Shown in pieces: positions 11,657-22,877 of a stretch of DNA of 64,000 nucleotides. Within the stretch, counting starts at the first letter, position 1. Each line of letters opens with the position of its first letter. The stretch spans positions 1,214,459-1,278,458 of the forward strand of contig NW_005202427.1 in the NCBI RefSeq assembly GCF_000372725.1, written 5' to 3'. The notes beneath the pieces are model-generated. The model was not told where the DNA came from and did no database searches. It saw only the letters and a list, made by a program, of their open reading frames with translations. The position numbers and the translations under genes are program-made. Origin of the DNA: Emiliania huxleyi CCMP1516 (lineage: Eukaryota).

Positions 11657-13766
11657 ATGCACCCACAGATGTTGCGAGCGGCACGTCCTGTGAGCCGCGT
11701 GTGGCTCCGCAGCCTCCGCCCGGCGCAGCTTACCCTGCGGCACGGATACGCTGCCGGCGGCGGAAGCGGCGGCGGAAGCGGCGGCGGCGTTAGCGGTGGC
11801 GGTGGCGGCGGTCTCGATGGCGGCGGCTTCACAGACATTCGCTCTGATATGTGGCTGTCTGCCCGCATGCCGGCGTGGCTGGTCCCGTACGGCGAGCTTG
11901 CGCGCTGGGATCGCCCGATCGGGACGTGGCTGTTGCTCTGGCCCTGCCTTTGGTCGATAGCGCTCGCGGCGCCGGCCGGCACGCCGCCAGACCCGCTGCT
12001 GTGCAGTCTGTTTGCGGCGGGCGCGGTGGCCATGCGCGGCGCCGGCTGCACGGTCAACGACCTGTGGGACCGCGACTTTGACCGGCGTGTCGAGCGAACG
12101 CGCCACCGACCCCTCGCACGCGGCGCGCTCCAGCCGTCGCAGGCGCTCTGTCCTCTTGCCTCCGTTGGCCAAGAGAGAGGCGGCGGGAAGGGTCACGCCA
12201 GCGCTGCGCCTCCAGGCGATCGGCTTCCTGGGCGCGCAGCTCAGCGTCGCGCTGGGCGTGCTTCTCGCGCTGCCGTTGCCTGCGGTTGCGGCGGGGCTGG
12301 CTAGCACGCCTCTATGGGTGCTCTACCCTCTCGCCAAGCGGGTCACGGACTGGCCTCAGGCAGCCGAGATGCCCAGCGCACGCTCGGGGCGGCAGAGAGA
12401 CTCGAGGTTGTCCCCCGCTCGCAGGCGGTGCTCGGTGCTGCCATCAACTATGGCGCCTTGCTGCGTGCGGGCGCGGCATGGGCTGGTCGGAGGCGTGAGG
12501 GTGGGCGGGGTGTGTGAGCAGGCGGACTGCTCGGCTGGGTGGCGGTGCGCGGCGACGTCGACTGGGCGGTGGTGGTGAGAGAGGGCGAGGGTCCGTCTCC
12601 CGCCCCGCCTTAGCCCTCCGCCCGCAACCCCCCCCCCCCTTTGGCGCAATAGGCTCCTCTGTACGGCGGCGCCTGGCTCTGGACGCTGCACTACGACACC
12701 GTCTACGCGCACCAAGCACGCACCCGCCCTCGCCCGCCCTCCCCACCCCGCCCTCCCTTGCCCGCCCGTCTTTCGCCCCTGCCTTCTCCCTCGCCGCCGC
12801 CCTCCTCCGCCGCCCCTCCGCAGCCGCCCCTCCGCCGCCGCCCGGCTAGGCGCGCCTCGCCCATCGCCCGGCTAGGCGCGCCTCTCCCACCGCCCGCCCG
12901 CATCCGCCACAGGACAGGAGGGACGACGCCGCAGCCGGCGTCCGGTCGACAGCGCTCCGACTAGGCGAGCCGCAGCCGAGATGCAGCCGAGATGCAGCCG
13001 AGATGCAGCCGAGGTGCAGCCGAGGTGCAGCCCGGATGCAGCCGAGGTGCAGCCGAGATGCAGCCGAGGTGCAGCCGAGATGCAGCCGAGGTGCAGCCGA
13101 GGTGCAGCCGAGATGCAGCCGAGATGCAGCCGAGATGCAGCCGAGGTGCAGCCGAGAGGTGTGGCTCCGGAGCGAGCGACGAGACCCCTCACGCCCTCCT
13201 CCCCGCCTAACGCCAAGGCGACAGCACCCTCCCGGCGCTCACCCTCTTCTCGACCGGCGCTATCGGAGGGCTCGCTGGCGCCGGCGCAGGCGCAGGCCTT
13301 GGCGCCGCAGGCAGTCCCGGCGGCTACGTCTACTTTTGCGGCCTCGCCGCCGCGGGCGGGCATCTCGTCTGGCAGCTGCGCACCGTGCGGCTCGACTCGC
13401 CGCCAGACTGCCTGCGCATCTTCCAGTCGAACCGAGACTTTGGCGCGCGCCCTGCAAGCGCCGCGCTCGCGCGCCTAGCTCGCCGCTCCACCCTCGAGGA
13501 GCAAAGTAGGAGCACTCGTCTTCGGCGCCATCGTCGCGGCGCAGCTGCTGCGCGGTGCAGGAGAGGAGGGGGGCAAGGGCGAAACCGCCGAGGGCGTTGG
13601 CGCTGAGGGCGACGCAGAGAATGCAGACAGGCGTGGCAGCCGCGCAAGGGAGAGGCACCTGACAGGTTTTGACGTGTTGAGATCTCTCTGGTGCGGAGAG
13701 GCCGACATTGCGAGCCGGGTTCGGCGTGCAGTTGGGTTCGCGGCCGAGAGAGGGGGTGAGAGCTGA
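11657..13766 (+). CDS. COQ2: 4-hydroxybenzoate polyprenyltransferase (UbiA family), mitochondrial, multi-exon
   Basis: Arg-rich transit peptide; ARWDRPIGTWLLLWPC, MRGAGCTVNDLWDRDFDRRVERTRHRPLARG, YPLAKRVTDWPQ, WTLHYDTVYAHQDRRDD, FQSNRDFG. 3' end approximate. Confidence 0.93.
12972..13157 (+). repeat. 11-bp tandem repeat (GCAGCCGAGRT)n in COQ2 intron
   Basis: ~16 copies of gcagccgagat/gcagccgaggt within inferred intron ~12965-13217. Confidence 0.92.
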
Positions 13767-14233
13767 GAAGACGCGAGCGCTCCGACCTCCGTCTGAGAGC
13801 TGAAGCCGACACGGGTGAGAAAGCGTGCTCTCGCGTGTCGCTCGAGCGGTCGCTCCCAGATCTTAGATATACATTGCATTCGATTGAATCGACGCGCTCA
13901 TGTGTGCATGAGCATGTGCTCTTTTTTGCGTGTGTTAACTAGATCAGGGTGAGGGTCTCTCGTGAGCGACGTGAGTTGGAAGAGCTGAATGCCCACCACC
14001 CGCTGAGCCCCGCGCCGACCTCGTAGCTCGTTTGTTTCGCTCGAGACGCTGAATCGCGCCGGCTCATGAATCGACGCTCTCACGAGATCACGTGTGAATC
14101 GACGCTCAAGGGAGATTAGACTATGCAAAATAGACGTATCGGGGGTGGGAACGTACACACATGCCGGGTCGCCAGGCTCATTTCGGGCTTGCGCGACGGA
14201 TACTCAACAGCGCACTAGCACTGCACATAGACT

Positions 14234-15453
14234 TCACGTGGCCGCAAGCTTTCCCAAGCAGCTGAGGTCCTCCGGGGGCGCCCAGCCACGCGTGACGAGC
14301 TGTGGACGGGGGGCGGGGCGGGGGGGGGGAGGGGGGTAGTGAGACGAGCACGCCCTTGACCCACCCGGCGGGAGGGGAAGGGGCTTACCTCGGGCCCCCC
14401 GTCTGCCTCGAAGACCTTGTTGGCTGCCTCGGACCAGCTAACCTTGTCGGGCAGCGTTCCGCCGTCAATGATGAGGCCGTCTCGCGCAAAGACCTTCTTC
14501 CAGTCGGAGCCAAGGAAGGAGAACTTGGCCGCCGAAATGGGGTGCATCATGTGCTTTGCGACGCCCCAGACGGCGCGCACGATGAACGGGCCATTGATGA
14601 TGTACGTCTTGCACATCGATTCGGGGTAGTGGCCGGAGAGCACCTCGGACGTCTTCCGCATCAGGGTCTGGAACTGCTTGCCCATCACGCTGCTGCTGAG
14701 GCCGGCGCAGTCGATGACCGTCACCACCTTGTAGATGCGCTTCCTGCGCGCCTTCGAGTTGGCCAGATTGCACGCGCGCTTGGCCTCGGCAGAGTACACG
14801 ATGTGCGGGAGGATGTCCTCCACGTCGAAGTGCTTGAAGAGCTCCGCCACCTTGAGCCGCCCGAGCTTGACTAGCTCGACGATGTGACCCTCCTGGTCGT
14901 GCCCGATGGGACCGCTCTCGTTGAGATCCTCGAAGCGCGCGCGGTGCGGCGGCGGGTGTGCCAGCGCGGAAGACGCCGCGTGGCGGTCACGCCAGTCGAG
15001 CGCCTCGGAGAGCTCCACGTACACCGTCTCGGCCCAGTCCTGCCTGTAGGCGTACCCTCGCAGGAAGCACATCAGCAGGTCGTACGGCACGGCGTCGAAA
15101 CGCTCCCCTCCCAGCCACTCTCGCACCGTCGCGAGCACGGCAACCTCGCCATTGAGGAGCGGCTCCCACTCCGACGCCGGTGTGAAGGCCTTCACCTTGG
15201 GGTCCGGAAGCAGGTCGGCCCGTGTCGGGGGCACCGATTCGTCGCGGTAGCTGATCTTCTTGGACTGAAAGAAGCTCGACCGCCGCGATTGGCTTATCAC
15301 GTTGCCAGCACTCGCCCGCTCAGACTGTCGGTACGAGCGGCGCTCGTGCTCGTCGCTGCGGCTCTTGGCGAGCTCGACAGCCTGACTGGCCTCCCTCGCC
15401 TCCCGCTCCGCCCGCTCAATGGCAACGTCAATGCCGGGCTCGGCAGTCGTCAT
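14234..15453 (-). CDS. CRAL-TRIO (Sec14-like) lipid-binding protein
   Basis: LLMCFLRG, GHDQEGHIV, VIDCAGLS, HYPESMCKTYIINGPFIVRAVWGVAKHMMHPISAAKF. One GT-AG intron near 14300-14388. Confidence 0.88.
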
Positions 15454-15631
15454 TTGCACAACTTGAGAATGGGGGGGGCCGACGGCGCAGGTTTGCCCGA
15501 ATTACGTACGTTCCACCGCGAGAAAGAATTCCTTTCGCTCGGGCGACAAAGAAAAGCGCAAGTAATTTTTTTAGGTCCGACCGGCAAGCCAAGGCTCTGC
15601 GCGTGAGGAGGGCTGTGGATGCGCCACACCG

Positions 15632-16262
15632 TGTGAAGAATTCTTAAAATAGAACACTGGCACGACAAGGGCGCGGACTGGCAAACACACATTGCTAAAA
15701 ATCTCTCTCTCTCGGACTGGCGCGGACTGGCACTCACACACATCTCTCTCTCTCTCTCACACAGCCGGCACGCTACTCGAGTAAGAATTTTACAACAAAA
15801 CTCCCTCAGTGGTGTACCTGTGTTAGTGCAGTGCGCGCCAGTCCCGTGATTGATTGATGGGAAAGCGAAACACAGTCCGACCAACGACTGGGACACAGTC
15901 CCTTGCCCAGTGTTGTGCGAGTAAGAATTCTTAAGATACAAGCCTCTCTCACAGCACACTGGCACGACAAGGGCGCGGACTGGCGCGGACTGGCACACAC
16001 ACAGGCTCACCACCGGAGCCGCCTAAGCGACTCCGTTAAGAACGGCAATGCACTCCGCACCATGCACAATGCCGCTCTCCCCGCACGCTAGCTCGTTCAC
16101 CGTCTGCCACGCCACGGCGGTGTGGAGGACGACAGACAAGCGCTGCATCTGCAGCCCGTGCCAGTTCTTGGTGGTCCATGTGACCTCGTCCAGGTGCTGA
16201 GCGTGCGAAAGTTTGTTGCTCAGCTGGTTCGCCGCCTCCCTCAGGGTGCTGCGAACCTCCTT
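15632..16262 (-). mobile_element. stack of 5'-truncated non-LTR retrotransposon 'family A' 3' ends
   Basis: 15924-16262 is the reverse complement of ~19517-19855 with no difference I could see, flanked by tgcgagta (15916-15923, 16263-16270). Further 3'-UTR fragments (gccagtccgcgcc..., ending taagaattctt/taaaattctt) lie at 15632-15920. Confidence 0.8.
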
Positions 16263-16337
16263 TGCGAGTAGGGATCCCTACTCGTAAGAAATAAAGCGCT
16301 CGCGCTCCACAGCCTCCTGTCGCGCAAGTAGAGGAAG

Positions 16338-17268
16338 ATGTTGCTTCGGCTCCGGCCTCTCCGACTCCAACCACGTCTCCAGTGCCGCGGCTGGCACGAT
16401 GTCACGACGCTGAGCCGCCGCGACTGCGCCGACGCCGGCTCATCTCGCGGCCTCCCGCCTCTCCTCCGCTGGCACGCACGGGCGCTTCACGAGCGGCCGA
16501 TGCTGACGGCGGCCGCCGCAGGCGCTGCGGCGGCCGGCCTGGGCGATGCCGTCGCCCAGGGCGTGAGCTGGGCGCTGGGCGTCCACGGCAGCAGCGAGCT
16601 CGACTGGTCGGCACGGCTCGTCCGCTGCGGGTGCGTCGCCAGTTTCGGCGGGCTCGCTGTTGGGTGCGGCGGCGAGGTGTGGTGGCGCGCGCTGAGCAGA
16701 TACTTTCCGGGAGGCACGTACGAGGCGGGCTTGCGCTTCACCCTCGACCAGGCTGTCTTTGCCCCGGTCGTCCTCGGCCTCGCCGCCGCCGCGTGGCCGC
16801 TGGTGGAAGGGCGCGGGGTGAGTGCCGCCCGGGCGCACGTCGACTCGGACTGGCGCGCCGGACTCTCCCTCCCCACCCAGCGTGCTGCCCGCCCCTCATT
16901 TCCAGCGCCACAAACACTGGATTCAGCGTCACAGACTCTGTTGCTCACCCAGGTACCACATGCTTGGCAAAATGTGGACGTTTTGGGGCGGCGCCTCTGC
17001 GGCAAGCTACCTGCTGGCGCCGCCACAGTGGCAGCCCTCCGCGGCGGCGGCGGCCGCCGTGCTGTGGTCGGCCTACGTCTCGTACCGCCTGCACCACCCC
17101 GCGCCGGAGGAGGCCGAGATGGCCAACGCGTCGGCCATCGATGACTACCTGCGCGAGCATCGCTCCGACCGGTACGACGTCAGGGCGGGCGGAGGCGACG
17201 ATGGCCCGACCGGCAGCGCCGTGGATCGCGCGCGGGACCTCCTCAGCGTGCTCAGTCCGGGGAGATAG
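16338..17268 (+). CDS. Mpv17/PMP22 family membrane protein, 2 exons
   Basis: RPMLTAAAAGAAAAGLGDAVAQ, W.R.L, LDQAVFAP, then W.FWG...SYLLAPPQWQ...LWSAYVS. Intron ~16855-16952. Confidence 0.85.
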
Positions 17269-17358
17269 CGTGCCCGCCGAGCTCCCTCTAACGCCCGCCC
17301 ACTATCGAGTCTGTTTTGAGCTGGTGTCGGGGTGCCACCTGGCCGCGCAGTCACCAGT

Positions 17359-18160
17359 CTACATACTACGGCTACCTGCGAGGGTCATATCGGTGCCCAG
17401 GTGCAGTGCCGCACACTTCTCGCTGCCTCCGGCTGTCGGCGCTAGCACCTTGACGGGGACACCCTCGACCATCATCTCCTTGATGTCTGACGGCAAGTCA
17501 CTCGACCGCCACCTGTCCGGATCTAGCGGCATCGGTTCCCACGACCTAGCCTCTTTCGCTGCCTTATCCTCCACAAATTCTCCGCGGTCTCTCCAGTCCA
17601 TAAACGGCCTGAGTGCGTCGTAGTCGAGTCGGCTTTCGCGGCTTGCCCCTCGTCTCACCCCGACGCAAACGGCGGCAAGTCGACGAGACTGTCTCCGGCG
17701 TTGTACCTCACCTCTCGCATCTCAGTGGATTTGCGCCGAGCTGTTCAATCACACGACGAGCGGCGTCTTTCCCCGTCACTACAGTCAGCCGAGTACCGAC
17801 CGGAGTCCTCTGTAGCGCCGCCTTGGCTTCGGTTATGAGTGCGTCGACCTGCTCCCTGTCGACGATCTCGATCAACGTGTTGAGCCTCCCCAGCCGGGAG
17901 AGGCGAACTTGTAGCCGCCCCGCCTCGGTTCGCCGTCGAGGCGAGCGAGGTTGGGGGCGGCCGACTCTGCAGCCGAGACTGCTCATGCCCAGAGGGGCCA
18001 GCCACCGCCAACGGCGGTGCGGCCTCGCGGTGAGCGAGGGCCTCGGTGGCGGATGCTTTGCATAAGTGGTGGGAAGCGCTGCTGCTATCCAACGCAGCGC
18101 TGCCCAATGAGGCGGAACTCTCTCCCAGAAGTGTGTCGCGGGGGAGGTCATGGACCCTCT
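17359..18160 (-). CDS. hypothetical spliced protein (uncertain)
   Basis: Protein-like segments (LIEIVDREQVDALITEAKAALQ...; RESRLDYDALRPFMDWRD...) join in frame via a plausible ag|gtgagg...caag intron at ~17643-17711. No family recognised. Confidence 0.3.
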
Positions 18161-19039
18161 GCCAAGGCGCCGGGCGGTGTTCGCCGGCGCCTCCGTTGAG
18201 CAGTGAGCCTGGGGGTGGGCGCGGGTCGGCCAGATAGCCGGCGGTCCCCACGAGATGAGCCGCCGTGCCGAGGTCCGCGCCCCTCCTGGAGGGTGAAGGC
18301 ATGCCCGCGGTAGTGGGCGTTGCCTGCGTGCTCCAGGGTGTACTGGGCTCCACCCCGTTATGCGCAGTCGAGGGGCGGTGGCCCATCGGCCGGCGGGGTG
18401 GAGCTCCGATCTTGTTGCTTGCCCATCGATGCTGCGTCGGCCTTGCGGCCGGGCTATGCGCTCGAAGGGGAGGGTGGCCGTAGACGCGGTGGCGTCCAAG
18501 CCCGGTGTTGCTAAGAAGTGCTGCCGCTCACGCGACGGGTCTTACGCTTACGTTTACTCAAGGGGGGGGCTGGGGTGAATACGACACTCTGTCGCACTCA
18601 CGGATTGAAGTCAGGAGCCTGTCGGCGGCCCGAGACTGAACGACAGGGCCTCGCTCTGGGCCCTCACACGACTCTGTGTGGCGTTCAGAGAGTTCGTTAC
18701 ACAGTGGGACCGCCCGTCCTCCTCAATTCGATTATCGGGACCCCCGGGGGTCGTTACATGCGCCTCGTCATCTCCGTTGCGAGCTCCATTTGCGGCTCCA
18801 ATCGCCCCAAGTCACCGCGGAGGACTTGTCCAAAACCCTCCTCCGCGACACTCAGCTAGAGGAGCTTGTTGAAGCCAGCCCGCGTTGTGTGCCTGTGTGT
18901 ATGCATATGCGTTTGGAGACTCACAAGTAGGTCCTCTGCGCGCCACGGATTGGTCATCGTCCTGGCGCGTCCCGTGAACGCTCGCGGCCCATGCGTTCTA
19001 GCATGGGCTCGAAATATTCTTTTTCTCGATCTCAAATTT

Positions 19040-19855
19040 CTACTCAAACGTTTGATCAAATGCCTCCGCTCGGCGTGGGGCATGATCATCGAGATGGAGC
19101 CGACTGCACACCTCAGTTACAGTAATCCAAAACAACCTGACGTGGCGGCGGCAAACATCGGCAGGGGGCACAGGCGCCTTGTTGCCGATTTGAAGCTCAC
19201 GAGCTCGCTTGCGAGCCAGGGCAAGGACACGGCCGGCGACGGAGAGCTCGGCTGGAAGGGGGCCTATGTGCGTTTTGGCAACACGGAGACCGGGCTGCTC
19301 AAGTTGGTCAAAGGGCGCGGCAAGTGGTCTCCGTCGGGAGCGACGGCAGCGGCGGTGGCGGGGGAGGAGGAGGAGGCCGAGGAGGAGGGGGAGGAGGGGG
19401 AGGAGGAGGATGCCCCCAAGGGAAAGCTCAAGGAGCTGCCTGGCGATTACCCCTTTGCGCGGCAGCAGGATTGCGATCTACGTTTGTTTGATTTTGAGGC
19501 TTTCGGAGGCTTTGGAAAGGAGGTTCGCAGCACCCTGAGGGAGGCGGCGAACCAGCTGAGCAACAAACTTTCGCACGCTCAGCACCTGGACGAGGTCACA
19601 TGGACCACCAAGAACTGGCACGGGCTGCAGATGCAGCGCTTGTCTGTCGTCCTCCACACCGCCGTGGCGTGGCAGACGGTGAACGAGCTAGCGTGCGGGG
19701 AGAGCGGCATTGTGCATGGTGCGGAGTGCATTGCCGTTCTTAACGGAGTCGCTTAGGCGGCTCCGGTGGTGAGCCTGTGTGTGTGCCAGTCCGCGCCAGT
19801 CCGCGCCCTTGTCGTGCCAGTGTGCTGTGAGAGAGGCTTGTATCTTAAGAATTCT
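19040..19855 (+). mobile_element. 5'-truncated non-LTR retrotransposon 'family A' (CRE-like restriction-like endonuclease C-terminus + 3' UTR)
   Basis: ORF tail EMEP...KQPDV...VADLK...GDY...FEAFGGFGKEV...W...QRLSVVLH (stop 19756) has the PD-(D/E)xK layout of REL-type retroelements. No RT region is present. Other copies lie in the window. Confidence 0.7.
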
Positions 19856-19873
19856 AAATCTCTTTTTCTCGCG

Positions 19874-21298
19874 ATGTCCACCCCACCGCGCCGCCGCTCG
19901 CGCCGCCTCGCCCCCGCCGCCGCCGCCGCTCCCTCGCCAGACACGCCGCCGCCCGCCCGCCTCCTCGACCTCCCCACGGAGCTCCTCGTGCGCGCCATCT
20001 CTCGCTGCGACCCCGCCGACATCGCTCGCACCGCGGCCGTCTCGCTCCTCTTCCACGCCTCGCTTGCGGTGGAGGGCATCCGCTTGCGGGCGCAAGAGCG
20101 CGGCTACGAGCTTCCGGCGCCGCCAGAGGGCGAGGGCTGCGCCGTGCGGTGGCTGTTCTTCGCTGCGCTGCTGTGCGAGTCCAACCCGCCGGCGAGGGCG
20201 GCGGCAGGCGAACTCCACAGCGTTTTCATCGACGGCGAGGGGCGGCTCTCGTCGTGCGGCTCTGCGCCGGACTGGTATCCCGGACTGCTCGGTCACGGCG
20301 AGGGCGTGACGCGGCTGAACACGCCGACCCGCCTCCCGTCGATGCTGGGTGGCGAGCGCGCCGTGAGCGTGGCGGCAGGAGATTACCACAGCCTGGCCCT
20401 CACCAGCAGCAGTGTCTGGAGCTGGGGCTATGGTCTCTACGGCCGGCTGGGCCACGGCGACGAGGAGGAGCAGTGGCAGCCAAAGAAAGTCGAGGCCTTG
20501 ACTGGCCAGCGCGTCGTCGCCGTGTCGGCTGGAGGCGCGCACAGCCTTGCAATAACTGCCGACGGAGCTGTCCGGAGCTGGGGCCATGGAGGCAAAGGCC
20601 GGTTGGGCCACGGCGACGAGCAGAGCCAGCTGGAGCCCAAGAAGGTCGAGGCCTTTGCTGGCCAGCGCGTCGTCGCTGTGTCGGCTGGAAGCTTCCACAG
20701 CCTCGCCATCACCGCCGACGGCGCCGTTTGGAGCTGGGGCAGTGGAGACTGGGGCAAGCTGGGCCACGGCGACGAGCAGAACCGGCTCCTGCCGAAGAAG
20801 GTCAAGGCCTGGGCTGGCCAGCGCGTCGTCACTGTGTCGGCTGGAAGCTTCCACAGCCTCGCCATCACCGCCGACGGCAGCCTCTGGAGCTGGGGCCATG
20901 GACTCTCTGGCCAGCTGGGCCACGGCGACGAGCAGCAGCAGCTGCTGCCCAAGAAGATCGAGGCATTTGCTGGCCAGCGCGTCGTCGCTGTGTCGGCTGG
21001 AGGCCACCACAACCTCGCCATCACCGCCGATGGCGCCGTCTGGAGCTGGGGCTATGAAGGATGGGGCATGTTGGGCCACGGCGACGAGCAGCGCCAGCTG
21101 CTGCCGAAGAAGATCGAGGCCTTTGCCGGTCAGCGCGTTAACGCCGTGTCGGCTGGGCTGTACCACAGCTTCGCCATCACCGCCGACGGCGCTGTCTTTA
21201 CCTGGGGCATGGGCGTTCACGCCTGCCTTGCCCACGGAGAGGACCTGTCGAACCAGCTGCTGCCGAAGAAGGTGGAGGCGTGGGCGCCGGGGCAGTGA
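19874..21298 (+). CDS. F-box-like + RCC1 repeat protein, intronless
   Basis: LLDLPTELLVRAI (F-box-like) followed by ~6-7 RCC1 repeats (VSAGxxHSLAITADGAVWSWGxGxxGxLGHGD). Confidence 0.92.
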   Translation: MSTPPRRRSRRLAPAAAAAPSPDTPPPARLLDLPTELLVRAISRCDPADIARTAAVSLLFHASLAVEGIRLRAQERGYELPAPPEGEGCAVRWLFFAALLCESNPPARAAAGELHSVFIDGEGRLSSCGSAPDWYPGLLGHGEGVTRLNTPTRLPSMLGGERAVSVAAGDYHSLALTSSSVWSWGYGLYGRLGHGDEEEQWQPKKVEALTGQRVVAVSAGGAHSLAITADGAVRSWGHGGKGRLGHGDEQSQLEPKKVEAFAGQRVVAVSAGSFHSLAITADGAVWSWGSGDWGKLGHGDEQNRLLPKKVKAWAGQRVVTVSAGSFHSLAITADGSLWSWGHGLSGQLGHGDEQQQLLPKKIEAFAGQRVVAVSAGGHHNLAITADGAVWSWGYEGWGMLGHGDEQRQLLPKKIEAFAGQRVNAVSAGLYHSFAITADGAVFTWGMGVHACLAHGEDLSNQLLPKKVEAWAPGQ

Positions 21299-21464
21299 TG
21301 CAAGGGCGCAGGGGTTTCTTCTTTCCACTCCCGTGTGAAGGCCGTTTTCTTTTCTCAGCCTCTCTGTTTGCCCTGTGCCCGGGCGAGTAGAGGCACTCGC
21401 ACGCACTCTCGAGGTGCACCACTCTCGAGGTCTCTTCATGGTAGGGGTGCCCTGCTCCGGGCAC

Positions 21465-21680
21465 AGAAAGAAAACGGACAGGACCCCAGGGAGGGATATG
21501 GGAGGACGGCACGCCGCCACCACACAGGGATTTTAAGGAGAGGGGAGCACAGAAAGAAAGAAAGAAAACGGACAAGCCAAGGGAGGGATGGGAGGACGGC
21601 ACGCCGCCACCACACAGGGATTTTAAGGAGAGGGGTGTGGTGCGCTAGCCGTCGCCCACCCTTGGGCGTCCGCCTCTTCC
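21465..21680 (-). mobile_element. two tandem 'family B' retroposon 3' ends
   Basis: Two copies of (gaaa)n...gggagggatgggaggacggcacgccgccaccacacagggattttaaggagagg. Confidence 0.8.
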
Positions 21681-22877
21681 TGCATACGCTCACCCATAGA
21701 ATTGTCACCGCCAGTGAGTGCGAGATAGGGCTAGCGGCTGGCGGCTAGCCTCTGAGGAGAGTGACCAGAGACACCTCACACGACCCCACACACGGTCTAG
21801 TCCGGCCTCGCGGTCGGCGGAGATTGCTAGAGGACGAGCAAGCCTGCTCTAGCCTCACGCGTTCGCCCCTGTCGTCTGTTGTGTTGTTGTGCCCTTGTTT
21901 GTTCCTTTGGCATCTTGGCTGGGGGAGGCGACAGGGGGGGGCGCGGCCTTGAGTTATGTGTACGCCAACTCAGGGTGTGTGGCAGCCACGCTGGCTGTGT
22001 GTCTTGTGAGCTTGTTTGTGTCTGCGTGTCGCTCGTGCGTGTCGTCATCATCTGTCCCGCGTCCACCCATACCGCGTTGGTGTCCAGTCCGAGCCTGACT
22101 GTTGTTCATCTTTCTACATACATACATACATGCGCGAGACAAAGGACGAAGACTGGCACTGTCTGCTGAGTCTCTGGGGCTCTGGCACTGGGGGCGCCCT
22201 TCGCCTCGCCGACTGAACCACCAGCCCCATCTCTCCGTTCTCTCTCAAGACTCTCACACGTGCCGCGGAACCATCCACATCATCGCTGGCTCGCGGCAGT
22301 ACGGACACTCTTCCATCAGCTCGGAGCATGGTCCGCAAGCGCACACGTGACCGCACGGGACCAGTGTGTGTGAGTGTGTGCCTGTGTGGGCCGGGGCGGC
22401 CGCCGCCCTCGCTCTCGCGAAAGGTCGAGGTCGCTCTAGAGAGGTCGCTCGCCGACGCGCGACGGTCGCGCGCGGCGCGCTCGAGCTGCCACGGCTTGGT
22501 TCGCGCCCCTCCTGTCCCCCCTAGATCTCCCCCCCGCGCGCGCGCGCGCGCCCCCCGGCCCCGCGGCTCTTCGTGATACTTTTGAAAAGGGGGAGTTGAA
22601 TTTCGATTTTGCATTTTCCATTTTCGTGGCGAAGGCCAGCAAGGTGGGACGCTGTCCTCCTCCCATCCCTACCAGTGTGGTCGCAACGGGCCGGGGGCCC
22701 GCACAACAAAGCAGTTCTCTCGGCATTTACCGGCTTTGCCTACCACGGCCTCTTCTTACCGGCCTGCCCTCTCGCTCCTCTCACGGGTGCAGTTGAGAGA
22801 GAGCCCGCGGCGAGGTCCTCCCCCTCCCTGGCTCTCGCTGACAGCTCTCGTTGAGTCTCCTCGGCTCGCTGATCGTC

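Noticed and set aside
19688..21523. 611-aa antisense ORF and many other overlapping ORFs
   Set aside because: Shadow frames of real genes, expected in very GC-rich DNA.
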